Shown one piece after another: positions 38,401 through 47,960 of a stretch of DNA of 64,000 nt. Within the stretch, counting starts at the first letter, position 1; each line of letters opens with the position of its first letter. A model generated the notes under the pieces. It had not been told where the DNA came from, searched no databases, and worked only from the letters and a program-made list of their open reading frames with translations. Source of the stretch: Mobula hypostoma (lineage: Eukaryota); the NCBI RefSeq assembly GCF_963921235.1, contig NC_086125.1, positions 7,936,001 to 8,000,000 on the forward strand, in the 5' to 3' direction. A program made the translations under genes and the position numbers.

Positions 38401-41400
38401 ATTTATTTACAACATCTTTGAGTCTGAGCAATCCTGGTAAACGTATCATTCACCATCACAACAGGGTTGACTTAGCTAGTAACCAGCCAGTGGTTTCTCA
38501 GTCATTTCAGATGGCACTTTGCCTTCGAAGCAATGGTAAATAATCCACAGAATTAATTTCTTGGGTATGAAACACACACAGACACAGACACACACACACA
38601 CACACAATATCTAATTGCAACTTATAGATTATTTTATGTATTGCGCTGTACTGCTGCCACAAATCAACAAAATTCACAGCGCATATCAGTAATGATAAAC
38701 TGATTCTGATTTAACTTTGCTGCAAACTTCTGTCTCCTTTCTATCTAATGATACGTTTGCTGGCAGCCTTAGATTCCACATTCAGTTTCTATCTCTGACA
38801 AATTCAATTGCCGGTCGCTGCTTCTGCAACACAATCTTATCCTGGTACACAGATTTCCGAATGGATGTACACTACCTCAGTATTTGATTTTTTGCTCTCT
38901 TTTTGCAATACCATGCAGATATATATATCTTATTGTAATTTATAATTTGTTCTCGTTCTTCTACATGACACTGTACCGCTGCTGCAAAACAATACATTTC
39001 ATGACATGTGCCAATGGTGTTGAACCAGATTCTGATTAATGTCCAGGCTTAGTCTCATGCTCCATGGAACCTGCTCCATTGATAAACCCATGGCTAAATA
39101 ACTACATCTGATTCAAAGATTCAAAGGTTCATTTTATTGTCAATGTTTGTATGCAGAATACATCTCTCACATTCGTCTTCTCCAGATAGCCATGACATTC
39201 AGAAAAACTGTGGGAGTTGTTGAAAGAAAGGATGTTGACCACCTCCCATCCACCCCTCCCCACATGAAAAGGAAATCTGCTCCGTGTTGCTGCCAGTAGA
39301 CTGTTTAGGAGCAGGTGGGAAACTCTGAAAGATTACTGTCTAGTCAAAGTGCTCAATTATCCAGCATGCTTACCGTACACATTAATGGCAATGCTATCAT
39401 TCTTTGATGAAACTGATGGATAGTCCTCAAAATCTGCCATGCATTTCAGTTCAGTCACACCGGTCTCTCGTGGTGTCCATGTAGCTGTTGCCTGGAGTGT
39501 GGTGGGATTTGATCTACTGGCAACTGAATTCCATTCCTCACCATCCTGAAACCACCTTAATCTCACCTTCTCAGCAGGGTAGATGTTTGAGACCTCACAC
39601 GTCAATGTGGTCTCCTGATTTACTTCTACAGAGTCTCTGTTGAGGATCCTTGGAGGCTCTGGAAAAGCTGCAATACACACAAGAAATTCACTGCACATTG
39701 GTTTGCCTTGGCCTGTTTCAGATACGGATGGAATGATGCAAAACTGACCAAACCCCTATAAGCCTCTGTACACAACCAGGAGTTCATCAAACCCACGTCG
39801 GTATCAGCAGGTTGCATACTATGCTCTTCCTCTGACTCTTCCTGCTCTTCAGGCATCCCAAAAATCTAACTCTTTGCTCCTCCCGTGGGCAGTGATACAG
39901 GAGTAAACTCTCACTGACTTATCAAGAGTGTGGTCTCAGTGAGCAGCTAGTTTGGGGTGGCACGGTAGTGTAGTGGTTAGCACAACGCTTTACAGTGCAG
40001 GTGATCCATGTTCAATTCCCGATGCTGCCTGTAAGGAGTTTGTACATTTTCCTGTGACCGTGTGGATTTCCTCCGACAGTCCAAAGACGTACTGGTTGGT
40101 GGGTGAACTGGTCATTGTAAAATATAGTGTGATTAGGCTCGGGTTAAAATGGTGGATTGGTGGGCAGCGTGACTCGAAGGGCTGGGAGGGCATATTCTGC
40201 ATTGCAGTCTTTCAATCTATTTTGTTCTGCCCGTACTGGCCCAAGAGAAGGGCTGATCCCTAAAGAATGGTCATAAAGAAAACTTTAGGCACATTTGCCT
40301 TCATAAATCCAAGTACTGAGTACAGGAGATGGAACATTATGTTGAAGTTTTATTAGGCATTGGTGAAGCCTAATTTGGAGTACTTTATACTTTATACTTT
40401 ATTGTCACCAAACAATTGATACTAGAATGTACAATCATCACAGCGATATTTGATTCTGCACTTCCCGCTCCCTGGATTACAAAGATTAAATATTTAAAAT
40501 ATTTAAAATAGTAAAAATTAGTAAATATTAAACATTTAAATTATAAATCATAAATAGAAAATAGGAAAATGGAAAGTAAGGTAGTGCAAAAAATCCGAGA
40601 GGCAGGTATTGTGTGTAGTTCTGGTCACCTACCTATTGGAAAGATGTAAATGAGGTTGAAAAAGTACAGATAAAATTTACAAGGATTTTGCAAACAACAG
40701 GAATTCTGCAGATGCTGGAAATTCAAGCAACACACACAAAAGTTGCTGGTGAACACAGCAGGCCAGGCAGGACCTGACGAAGGGTCTTGGCCTGAAACGT
40801 CGGCTGCACCTCTTCCTAGAGATGCTGCCTGGCCTGCTGCGTTCACCAGCAACTTTTTATGTGTGTTACAAGGATTTTGCCCTGGATTGCAGGACCTGAG
40901 TTATGTGGGAAGATTGAATAGGTTAGGACTTTATTCCTTGGAAAGCCGTAGACTAAGAGGAGATTTCATAGAGTTACACAAAATTATGAGGGGCAAGCTT
41001 TTCCCACAGAGGTTGGGTGGGACTGCAACTGGAGGTCATGGGTTAAGGGTGAAAGGTGAAAAGTTCATTGGGAAAACGAGAGGAAACTTCTTCGTTCAAA
41101 TGGCTGTGAGAATGTGGAATGAGCTGCCAGTGCAAGTGGTGCATGTGAGCTCGATTTGAACATTTAAGAGAAGTTAGGATAGGTACATGGATGGTAGGAG
41201 TATGGAGGGCTGTGGTGCTGATGCAGATTGATGGGAGCAGGTAGATTAAATGGTTCAGCACAAACTAGGTGGGCTGTACTTTTCTATGACTCTGTCTATT
41301 ACCACCACCTGCACTGACCACCAAGAGGGACATGGGAGTATCAGGTAAGTGTGCAGAATTTGCAGGAGTTTGGAATTGTTTCAGTGACCTTCAGCCAAAT

Positions 41401-44400
41401 AATCTCTTCTACTTCCATGATTCTCTGAAGTTGTAAACTTTCAGTCTTGGTTGAAGATAAACAAGTTTTGCTGAACGGATAAAACAAGAACTAAATGTGA
41501 AAACTTTCAAAACAGGACCGCTCATTGCTTATTCTTGCCAATCTTTAACCAATGTGGGGAGAGGTTAAGGGGCAGTTCGATTTCAAAATGGAACTCACAG
41601 TAAGTTTGCAGAGTCACAGATGCATTTGCGATTTGTTTGGTCCTGTTCGGGTCCAAGTTCAACTCTGCCAAGCAGGTGTACACCAGTCCATCGTCTGAAA
41701 TACTTGGAGTGAAATGAAGGACGTTCTTCAGTGGACCATCATCTGGGTAACCTGGTTTCTCTGTGGAAATATTTGCTACAGTCTCACTCCCTCTGAGCCA
41801 GGTGAGTACGAGTTTGTTCCTTGGATAGACCTTCAGGCCAGTACACTCCAGCTGATATGGTTTGTTAACTTCCAGCACGTCAGGAGGTGTAACAATGCTT
41901 AAGTTTCGATCTGTCAAAGGAGAATCATGATTGACAATGGAGATTGGAAAATTCCAAATCAAAAATTACCCTGACCAATGTGCTTGTGGATCATCCCAGC
42001 CTGTGACATTCCCAGATTCTGTGTAACACTTTCAAGTTATACTTAATTTTATATTGCTGCCTTTCATCCTGTTATACTCTGCTATTGGATGTATTTAGAA
42101 CAAAAGTTTTCACTTACTGTATATGGGGACCACCCGTTTGTCCTCCTTCACTGAATTTTGACATTTTACAGTACAGGGCACTGTGAAATCCCATTTCTGG
42201 ACACTCGGAAATCGGTCTGTAATCCATTTATCACCCTTAGTTCTGTTGGGATTTATCCCTGGTTTATATTCCAGAGTTATCGATGGATTGTTACACGTTG
42301 TACTGCAGTTCACCTCCAGGGAGTGTCCAAATTCCGCCACTAGGGAGTTTGTTTTGACCGAAACCTCAAATCCATTCAGTTTATCTGCCAGAGACACACA
42401 GGGAAATGGAATCTGTTCAGTGAAGTGTTGTGTGCAGTTCAATGGATAGACTTACCATTCAGACAGTAAGGGGACGGTTCACCAGACTGATTCCCGGGAT
42501 GGCAGGACTGGCACATGAAGAGAGATTGAGTCAACTATGCCCATGTACATTGAGGTTTGGAAAATTAGAGAAAATTGAATCAAACTTATGACGTTTTGAC
42601 AGATCTCAAGAGGTTGGATGCAGGATATACGTTTTCCCCAGCTGATGAGTGTAAACAAGGGATTGCAGTCTCAGGATGGAGAGATCGAGCTCTGGAGAAA
42701 AATCTTCACACACATGTAGTGAAGACCAAATCACTAAATGTATTTAAATAGGAAGACAGACTTTGAGGCACCAGTGGCATTTATATAGAGAACGCGGGCA
42801 TCTCTTGTGTGCAACAGTTTGAATGAACTTCATTGCAGTCTGTTCCACACAAAATAAATGTTTGGTTCAATGGTTCCATTTAAAATCAGACAATGTATAT
42901 AGTATACAACCTGAAATTCTTGCTCTTCGCAGACGTCCACGAAACAGAAGGGAAAAAAACTCAAAGAATGAATGACAGAAAATGTTTTAACCCTAAAGCG
43001 CCCCCTCCTCCCATGAACAAGCAGCAAAAACTTCAGTCTCTCCATCCCTCTGACCCCACTTGATGCAGCAAACATCAACCACGCCCCTCCTCCTACCACC
43101 CCGCCCCCCCCCATGCAAGCAAAAGTAAAGCCCCCAGAGCCCAAGATCTAGAGTTCATCAGGCAGGATAATTTCATCAGCATAATTTTAGCCCTTGCAAT
43201 TCAATCTGATGGAATATTTTCAGTCAAAGACCTTAAAGACTACTAAAAAGGGTGGATCTGATGTCAAACAGTATTACTGACCCCTGAATTCTGCAAAAGT
43301 TTTGCCTGGAGATAATTAAGCTCCATCTTTCCAAGCATTATTCAGTAGAAATTACCCGATTCAGATTTAATATCAACATCATATGTTGTGAGATTTGTTA
43401 ACTTTGCGGCAGCAGCACAATGAAATACATGATAAATATAGAAAACAACTATATTACAGTAAAGATATGTGGATATTAAATAGTTAAATTAAAATAAGTG
43501 CTAAATCAGAGATACTGAGGTAGTGTTCATGGGTCAATGTCCATTTAGGAATTGGATGGCGGAGAGGAAGAAGCTATTCCTGAATCGCTGAGTGTGTGCC
43601 TTCAGGCTCCTGTACTTCCTTTCTGATGGTAACAATGAGAAGAGGGCATGTCCTGGGTGATTTGTCGGCTTAATGCTGGACGCTGCCTTTCTGAAGCACC
43701 AGTCCTTGAAGATGTCTTGGATACTACGGAGCCTACTACCCCCGATGGAGCTGACTAACTTTACAATATAAAGTAATGATAAATTTCTGTCAGTTTTTAT
43801 AAAGTGAAGCCAAAAACTGAGATAGGAAGCCACATCTTATAGAACACACTCGTGCTGGAAAGTTTGTGAACCCTGTAGAATTTTCTGTATTTCTGCATGA
43901 ATATGACCTAAAATATGATCAGATCTTCATGCAAATCATAAAACTAGATAATTAGAACCCAATTAAATAAGTAACATCAAAAATATTATACTTATTGGGA
44001 AAAATGACCCAATATTACATGTATTTGCTGGGAAAAGTATGTGAATCTCTGGAGTAATGCCTTCTACAAAAGTTATTTAGAGTCAGGTGCTGCAATCAAT
44101 GAGATGAGATCGGAGGTGTGGGTTGTAGAGGTGTGCTGCCCTATAAAACAGACACACAAAGTCAGGTTACTGACAGAGCCTGCTCTTCTCATGAAAGATC
44201 TGTTATGTGCACCATGCCTCAGTCGAAACAACTTTCAGAGGACCTCAAAAGAAGAATTGTAGAGATGCATGAAGCTCGAAAAGGCTGCAAAAGCATTTCT
44301 AAAGACCTACGTGTTCATCAGTCGACAGTAAGAGAAATCGTCTACAAATGCAGGAAACTGTTGCTACTGTCCCTGGGAATGGGCGTCCTGCAAAGATCAC

Positions 44401-45280
44401 ACCAAGAGCTTGAAGTGCAGGGCTGAAGGAGATGAAAAAGAACCCGAGAGTAACAGCAAAAGATCTGCAGAAATCTCTAGAACTCACTAAAGTCTCTGTA
44501 CATGTGTCCACTATAAGAAAAACAAGAATGGTGTTCCTAGAAAAACACCACGGAGGAAATTACTGTTCTCCAAAGAAAAAAAGTCATTGCTGCATGTCTG
44601 AAGTTTGCAAAAGACCACCTGCATGTTTTACAGCACTTCTGGGGCAATGTTCTGTGGACAGATGAGACAAAAGTTGAGCTTTTTGGCAGAAACTGTTCGG
44701 AGGAGAAATGGCACGGCACACCAACACCAAACTCTGATCCGAAATGTGAAACATGGTGAAAGGATCGTCATGGTTTGGGGCTGCTTTGCTGCATCAGTGC
44801 CTGGACAGTTTGCAATCGTTGAGGGAACGATGAATTCAAAATTGTGCCAGGACATTTTACAGGAGAATGTCAGGGTAGCAGTCCGTCACCTGAAGCTTAA
44901 TAGAAGTTGGATAACACAGAGAACAGGAAGGAGCCCAACGAAGCGTGGCGTCTGCGACCTGCTAAGCTTTCGCCCAGCGTAAAACAGAGAACGTGAAAAA
45001 AGGAACGAGTAACCGTGAAACGGTCTGAAACGCTCCCGGCAAGTTATGCAGAATAAAGGGACACTTTCATCAAATGTGGCCGGTTGAAGATCCGTTCACG
45101 AGACGCACTCTAACCGCCTCGCAGAAACATACAGTTGTAAACATTCAGCTTCTCATTCTGCGAGCTCAAACAGATGAATGAACAGTTATTACGTTTAAAG
45201 GTATTTGACCTACCTGTTATGAGGGAAAGTGCTGTGAGAAATAAAACATAACCGCCCGCGGAAATCGGCGTGTAATCCAT
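11231..45280 (-). CDS. ICAM/VCAM-family cell adhesion protein, 9 Ig domains, 947 aa (11-exon model built by hand)
   Basis: Exons 45214-45280, 42118-42384, 41599-41910, 39374-39667, 37594-37875, 33443-33724, 26237-26530, 23452-23733, 17077-17322, 14486-14767, 11231-11466; all GT-AG and phase 1; total 2844 nt in one open frame. Confidence 0.88.
12128..12400 (+). mobile_element. V-SINE-like SINE
   Basis: tRNA-like head (gtggttagcacagcgctttacagg..ggttcagttcc) followed by the cccacagtccaaagac domain. Confidence 0.75.
12830..13600 (+). mobile_element. Penelope-like element 3' fragment (GIY-YIG remnant plus pLTR)
   Basis: PGTYPCK..KCYTCPFTS..QSFQVRQH..CES followed by ggggacagctttgtcgagcacctccgctcc (LGDRFxEHLRS-like); ends in the pLTR motif. 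Confidence 0.82.
13554..13591 (+). ncRNA. Minimal type I hammerhead ribozyme motif (Penelope pLTR)
   Basis: CAGGC CTGAAGA A GGG-TGTCAG-CCC GAAACGTA GACTG: core, stem II, ACGU mini stem III, GUA site, stem I 4/5 paired. Confidence 0.65.
13850..14045. repeat. Penelope pLTR inverted repeat containing two opposed degenerate hammerhead motifs
   Basis: Arm gaggaactcagcaggccaggcagaatctgtggaa..cagtcgatgttt is the reverse complement of aaacatcgactg..ttccacagatgctgcctggcctgctgagttcctc. Confidence 0.85.
14486..14767 (-). CDS. Exon 10: Ig domain 9
   Basis: cttttccag|ATAAACC; YKPQNTTISV..ITCDSSGNPQVTLTW..GIYKCRARNKLG; donor AAG|GTCAGT. Confidence 0.92.
17077..17322 (-). CDS. Exon 9: Ig domain 8
   Basis: aactttacag|ATTCTCC; YSPRKAQISG..LTCRADANPVPEVRWIKDG..DSGQYMCRVRNDIG; donor TTGT|GTAAGT; 246 nt. 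Confidence 0.92.
17930..18525 (+). mobile_element. CR1-type LINE 3' end
   Basis: LVRPH.EY, EKVQRRFTKMIP, NFFSQREVNLLNLLP, LGIFKAKVDRFL; typical 3' UTR. Confidence 0.85.
22520..22810 (+). mobile_element. V-SINE-like SINE
   Basis: tRNA-like head, V-domain (gggtgccctggtttcctcccacagtccaaagac) and aataaataaa tail. Confidence 0.75.
23452..23733 (-). CDS. Exon 8: Ig domain 7 (paralogue of domain 4)
   Basis: gttacag|TTTTCTCC; VNITCSVFN..QQFTCEAEL; donor CAGT|GTAAGT. Confidence 0.92.
24097..24788. mobile_element. Solo LTR inserted in a CA-rich microsatellite
   Basis: TGTAGT..CTTACA termini; absent at the paralogous site ~38350-38400. Confidence 0.8.
26237..26530 (-). CDS. Exon 7: Ig domain 6 (paralogue of domain 3)
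   Basis: gtattgtag|CTTTTCC; LSCEVSNIYPAEKVRLRWFQDG..ELNCVADF; donor TATG|GTAAGT. Confidence 0.92.
27033..33202 (+). mobile_element. Full-length but decayed L1-clade LINE (ORF1 ~27170-28028, ORF2 ~28695-32856)
   Basis: ORF1 ERHSRRQN..LLYPARLR; endonuclease GGDFN, SRIDYF, SDHAPL; RT GKAPGPDG, QTGFIKNR, GTRQGCPLS, LYADD; C-terminal CDRC..H.FWSC; A-rich tail; 12-bp TSD. Confidence 0.95.
30886..31289 (+). mobile_element. 5'-truncated L1 3' end nested in ORF2 of the host L1
   Basis: Encodes DDSSFKFEQTWRSFIQYFHLM*, resembling the host ORF2 end; aataaaaagatttaa tail; TSD aaaaagagtg. Confidence 0.85.
33443..33724 (-). CDS. Exon 6: Ig domain 5 (paralogue of domain 9)
   Basis: Same splice sites as 14486-14767; only 2 nt differences seen. 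Confidence 0.9.
35027..35293 (-). mobile_element. Short LTR related to the 49.5-52.3 kb LTR family
   Basis: tgtcacattggggtgctgggaacggacccaaatgcaagacacagac is the reverse complement of the LTR 3' end at ~52270-52328; ends CATGACA. Confidence 0.75.
35296..35958 (+). mobile_element. Penelope-like element 3' fragment with GIY-YIG C-terminus and pLTR
   Basis: CSRCGLLYIGETRRRLGDRFAEHLRSV..LRLEEQHLIFRLGSLQPDGMNIDFSNF. Confidence 0.92.
35857..35894 (+). ncRNA. Minimal type I hammerhead ribozyme motif (best stem I)
   Basis: TAGTC CTGACGA A GGG-TCTCGG-CCT GAAATGTC GACTG; stem I AGTC/GACT; GUC cleavage triplet. Confidence 0.7.
37594..37875 (-). CDS. Exon 5: Ig domain 4
   Basis: gttacag|TTTTCTCC; VFSNPEIQIP..CSVFNISG..FTCEAEL; donor CAGT|GTAAGT. 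Confidence 0.92.
39374..39667 (-). CDS. Exon 4: Ig domain 3
   Basis: gtattgcag|CTTTTCC giving YSFPEPP; LTCEVSNIYP..LKCMADF; donor TACG|GTAAGC. Confidence 0.92.
39954..40215 (+). mobile_element. V-SINE-like SINE with pol III A and B boxes
   Basis: ggggtggcacggtagtgtagtggttagc (A box), gttcaattcc (B box, 40010), cagtccaaagacgtac. Confidence 0.8.
40700..40870. repeat. Penelope pLTR inverted repeat enclosing a hammerhead core (40770-40806)
   Basis: Arms aagttgctggtgaacacagcaggccaggcag / ctgcctggcctgctgcgttcaccagcaactt; loop holds CTGACGAAGGGTCTTGGCCTGAAACGTC. Confidence 0.85.
41599..41910 (-). CDS. Exon 3: Ig domain 2 (ICAM/VCAM D2 type)
   Basis: cctttgacag|ATCG; YQLECTGLKVYPRNKLVLTWLRG..DDGLVYTCLAELNL; donor TACT|GTGAGT. 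Confidence 0.93.
42118..42384 (-). CDS. Exon 2: Ig domain 1 (ICAM/VCAM D1 type, 4 Cys)
   Basis: gtctctggcag|ATAAAC; FEVSV..EVNCSTTCNNP..LEYK..PCTVKC; donor TACA|GTAAGT. Confidence 0.93.
43847..44919 (+). mobile_element. Tc1/mariner transposon, left TIR plus truncated transposase (intron 1)
   Basis: cactcgtgctggaaagtttgtgaacc; ATG 44214 MPQSKQLSEDLKRRIV..; WTDETKVE; VKHG..MVWGCF; truncated before the DND motif. Confidence 0.9.
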
Positions 45281-45480
45281 ACTGAGTGCATGTAAAGGAG
45301 GGCGTGATCCGGAGCTGGCGAGGTTCGGGCTCTTGTACTGGTGATCCGCGGCTGTCGATGTCGGTGGATGGGACCAAACATATCCGTCCGGCCATCAATC
45401 AGCGTCCGTGATGGTGGAACAGAGTTAGTTACTCATGGTCACGAGGTATCCCGGGAGCTCAGTGCGACTTCACTTTGTGG
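44930..45480 (-). promoter_or_regulatory. CpG-rich first-exon / promoter region of the ICAM-like gene
   Basis: Visibly CpG-dense unique sequence around exon 1, against CpG-poor surroundings; GGGCGTG box near 45300; LINE debris starts at ~45485. Confidence 0.6.
45214..45280 (-). CDS. Exon 1: signal peptide (absent from the ORF track)
   Basis: Strong Kozak cagtATGG; MDYTPISAGGYVLFLTALSLIT; donor ACAG|GTAGGT in phase 1; joins to give ..LITDKLNG/FEVSV. Confidence 0.82.
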
Positions 45481-47098
45481 GTGGATTCAGAGATTCGAAG
45501 TACATTTATTATCGAAGTACTTATGCAGTGTACAACTCTTGAGATTCATCGTCCGCGCAGACAGCCACGAAATAAAGAAAACCGTGGAACCCGTTCAGAG
45601 AAAAATATCAACCGCCCCACGAGCAGAATAAAAAAAAACAAATTGCGCAAATGTAACAAATAAAAGAGCGAAAAATACAGAAATTGAAACGCACAATTAA
45701 GAGTCCAGGCATATTCAGGTCAGCTGTGTTGGCTATCTGCAAGCTGCCCCAATTCAAAAACGCCCAAAGTAGCAAGAAAAAAAAAGCGGTGACCAGAAAC
45801 CACAACGTCAAGATGATGAAAGTCATTATAAGGCGATGAGAGGCATTGATCGTGTGGATAGTCAGAGGCTTTTTCCCAGGGCTGAAATGGTTGCCACAAG
45901 AGGACACAGGTTTATGGCGCTGGGGAGTGGGTACAGAGGAAATGTCAGGGGTAAGTTTTTTTTACTCAAAGAGTGGTGAGCGCGTGGAATGGGCTACCGG
46001 CACCGGTGATGGAGGCAGATACGATAAGGTCTTTTAAGAGACTTTTGTTTAGCTTAGATAACTAGAGGGCTATGGGTAAGCCTAGTAATTTCTATGGTAG
46101 GGACATGTTCGGCACAACTTTGTGGGCCGAACGGCCTGTATTGTGCTGTAGGTTTTCTATGTTTCTATGTTTCAACTACAGAGTCCAGTCCATAAACCGG
46201 AACTCCGGCACCATTCTCCGACTGGATCGAGGGTGAAAGAGAGAGACGGTCACACGCAAACAATTTCCTCGGGCGGCAAAGAGCAAGAGGCCGGTAGACT
46301 GGGCTGAACATCTGCAAGATTTGACAAACTTCAGTAGATGTGTAATGGAGAGTGGTGACTGGCTGCATCAATGCCTTTGAACGAGAACATCAATGCCCTT
46401 GGACGAGAATCCTCCAGAAAGTAGTCGCTACTTCCCAGTACATCACAGGTAAAGCCGTCCCCACCACTGAGCACATCTACATGAAATGTTGTCAGAGGAA
46501 AGCAGCATCCATCATCCTGGACCTCTAGTAACCAGGACATGCTCTCTTCTCACTGTTGTCATCAGGAAAAAAAGGTACAGGAGCCTCAGGACTCACACCA
46601 CCATGTTCAGGAACTGTTATTACCCCTCAACCATCAGGCTTTTGAACCAGAGGGAATAACTTCACTTGCCCCATCATTGTAATGTAAACACAACCAATGG
46701 ACTCACTTTCCAGGACTCTTCATCTCATGTTCTCGATATTTATTGCTTATTTATTTATTACTATTATTACTTCTTTTCTTCTTCTTTTTGTATTTGCACA
46801 ATTTGCTGTCTTTTGGTCATCATTTGAACTCCCAAGCTGGTGTAGTCTTCACTGATTCTGTTTTGGTTATTATTCTAACGATGTATTGAGTATGCCCACA
46901 AAGAAATGAATCTCTGGGTTGTACATGTTGTCATATATGTACTTTGACAATAAATTTTACTTTGAACTTTGCTCAACTTTTCCATCTTGGCTGGCCCAGT
47001 TAATCGCTCCCGTACTAGTCTTGTTTTTCCAGGCGCTTTGGTTTCCTTCCACAGTCCAAACAAATACCGATGGTAGAGTCATTCTAAATTGTTCAAAC

Positions 47099-47960
47099 TG
47101 TTACGTACCCCGTAACTGGGTTGCCAAACCAGCAGAAATGGATCACTCAGTTGGAGTCTGGATTACTAGAACTAAGAAAGTTTTATTAAAGAAACAAGCA
47201 ACACAGTAATCGAAAGGATAATAAATGCAACAGTTCAGCAATGATAACCACACATGTGCACAGAATTAAGATAACAGCATCAATCAAGCTCTATCGTTGT
47301 CTAGGGGTAAATGACCAAATTTCAAAGTGACTCAAAGTTCAGTCGAGTTTAGTAGTTCAGTTCGCAGTAATCGTTGCCATGGCAATGGACAACATGGGGG
47401 AAGAGAGAGAGGGAACAGGAACAACTGATCATTCAGACATGGCTTCACTCACAGACCGGCGAGATGGCTCACAAGCAACTTTTGGGCGGGTCCTTGGTGA
47501 TGTCACCTGAGGTCACCGACTGTGACCCCCTCCTCCAGATGTGGTCGATCCTCTGCAGCGAACCCGGCACCCAGGCAAGGGCGGACACACACCAGGTTCC
47601 CGCTGATCGTACCTTTCCACCCTGGCCGTTGTCTGGTACTTCCCACCGACTCGTGAGAAGCGTACCGCTTCCAGGGTCTCGCTACCTCGGGTGGCGTGTG
47701 TCCTGCCTTAGCGAACCTGTCCCTTTTTATCCCCCTGCTGGGGTATCGCCTGTCCATCACTTCAAACAGTTCAAGGTTCAAAGGGGGGAGCCGCTCCAGA
47801 CAGCTCTCTCTCCCCCGTCCCTTCATTACACATCTCCAGACGTTGCTCCATTGTTCCTTATCTCTCCTTCCCCTGAGGGCAGGTGGCAGACCACTTGCTG
47901 ATGTCACTGATGCTAGCCCAGGCCAGCAAACATCTTAATTTTATGTGTATTCTCGTCACA
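47099..47960 (-). mobile_element. Solo LTR (862 bp) inserted into a SINE-derived tandem array
   Basis: TGTTAC..GTCACA termini; TSD aaac/gaac; AATAAA on the minus strand near 47185. Confidence 0.82.

Larger units (their letters stand above)
26711..39838. repeat. Tandem duplication unit A (exons 4-6 plus the L1 insertion)
   Basis: 26711-27032 matches 13940-14263, 33218-35025 matches 14264-16855, and 39780-39838 matches 26642-26700. Confidence 0.92.

Noticed and set aside
39954-40025. tRNA-like sequence with A and B boxes
   Set aside because: It is the head of a V-SINE, continuing into the conserved SINE body; not a tRNA gene.
42440-42480. Donor-like GTAAGT just upstream of exon 2 as a candidate signal-peptide exon
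   Set aside because: It abuts a CR1 fragment with no ATG or hydrophobic stretch; 45214-45280 is a far better exon 1.
45400-45480. Possible NF-kB, IRF and AP-1-like motifs upstream of exon 1
   Set aside because: Only imperfect short matches (GGGATACCTC, AAGTGAAGT, TGAGTAA), expected by chance.
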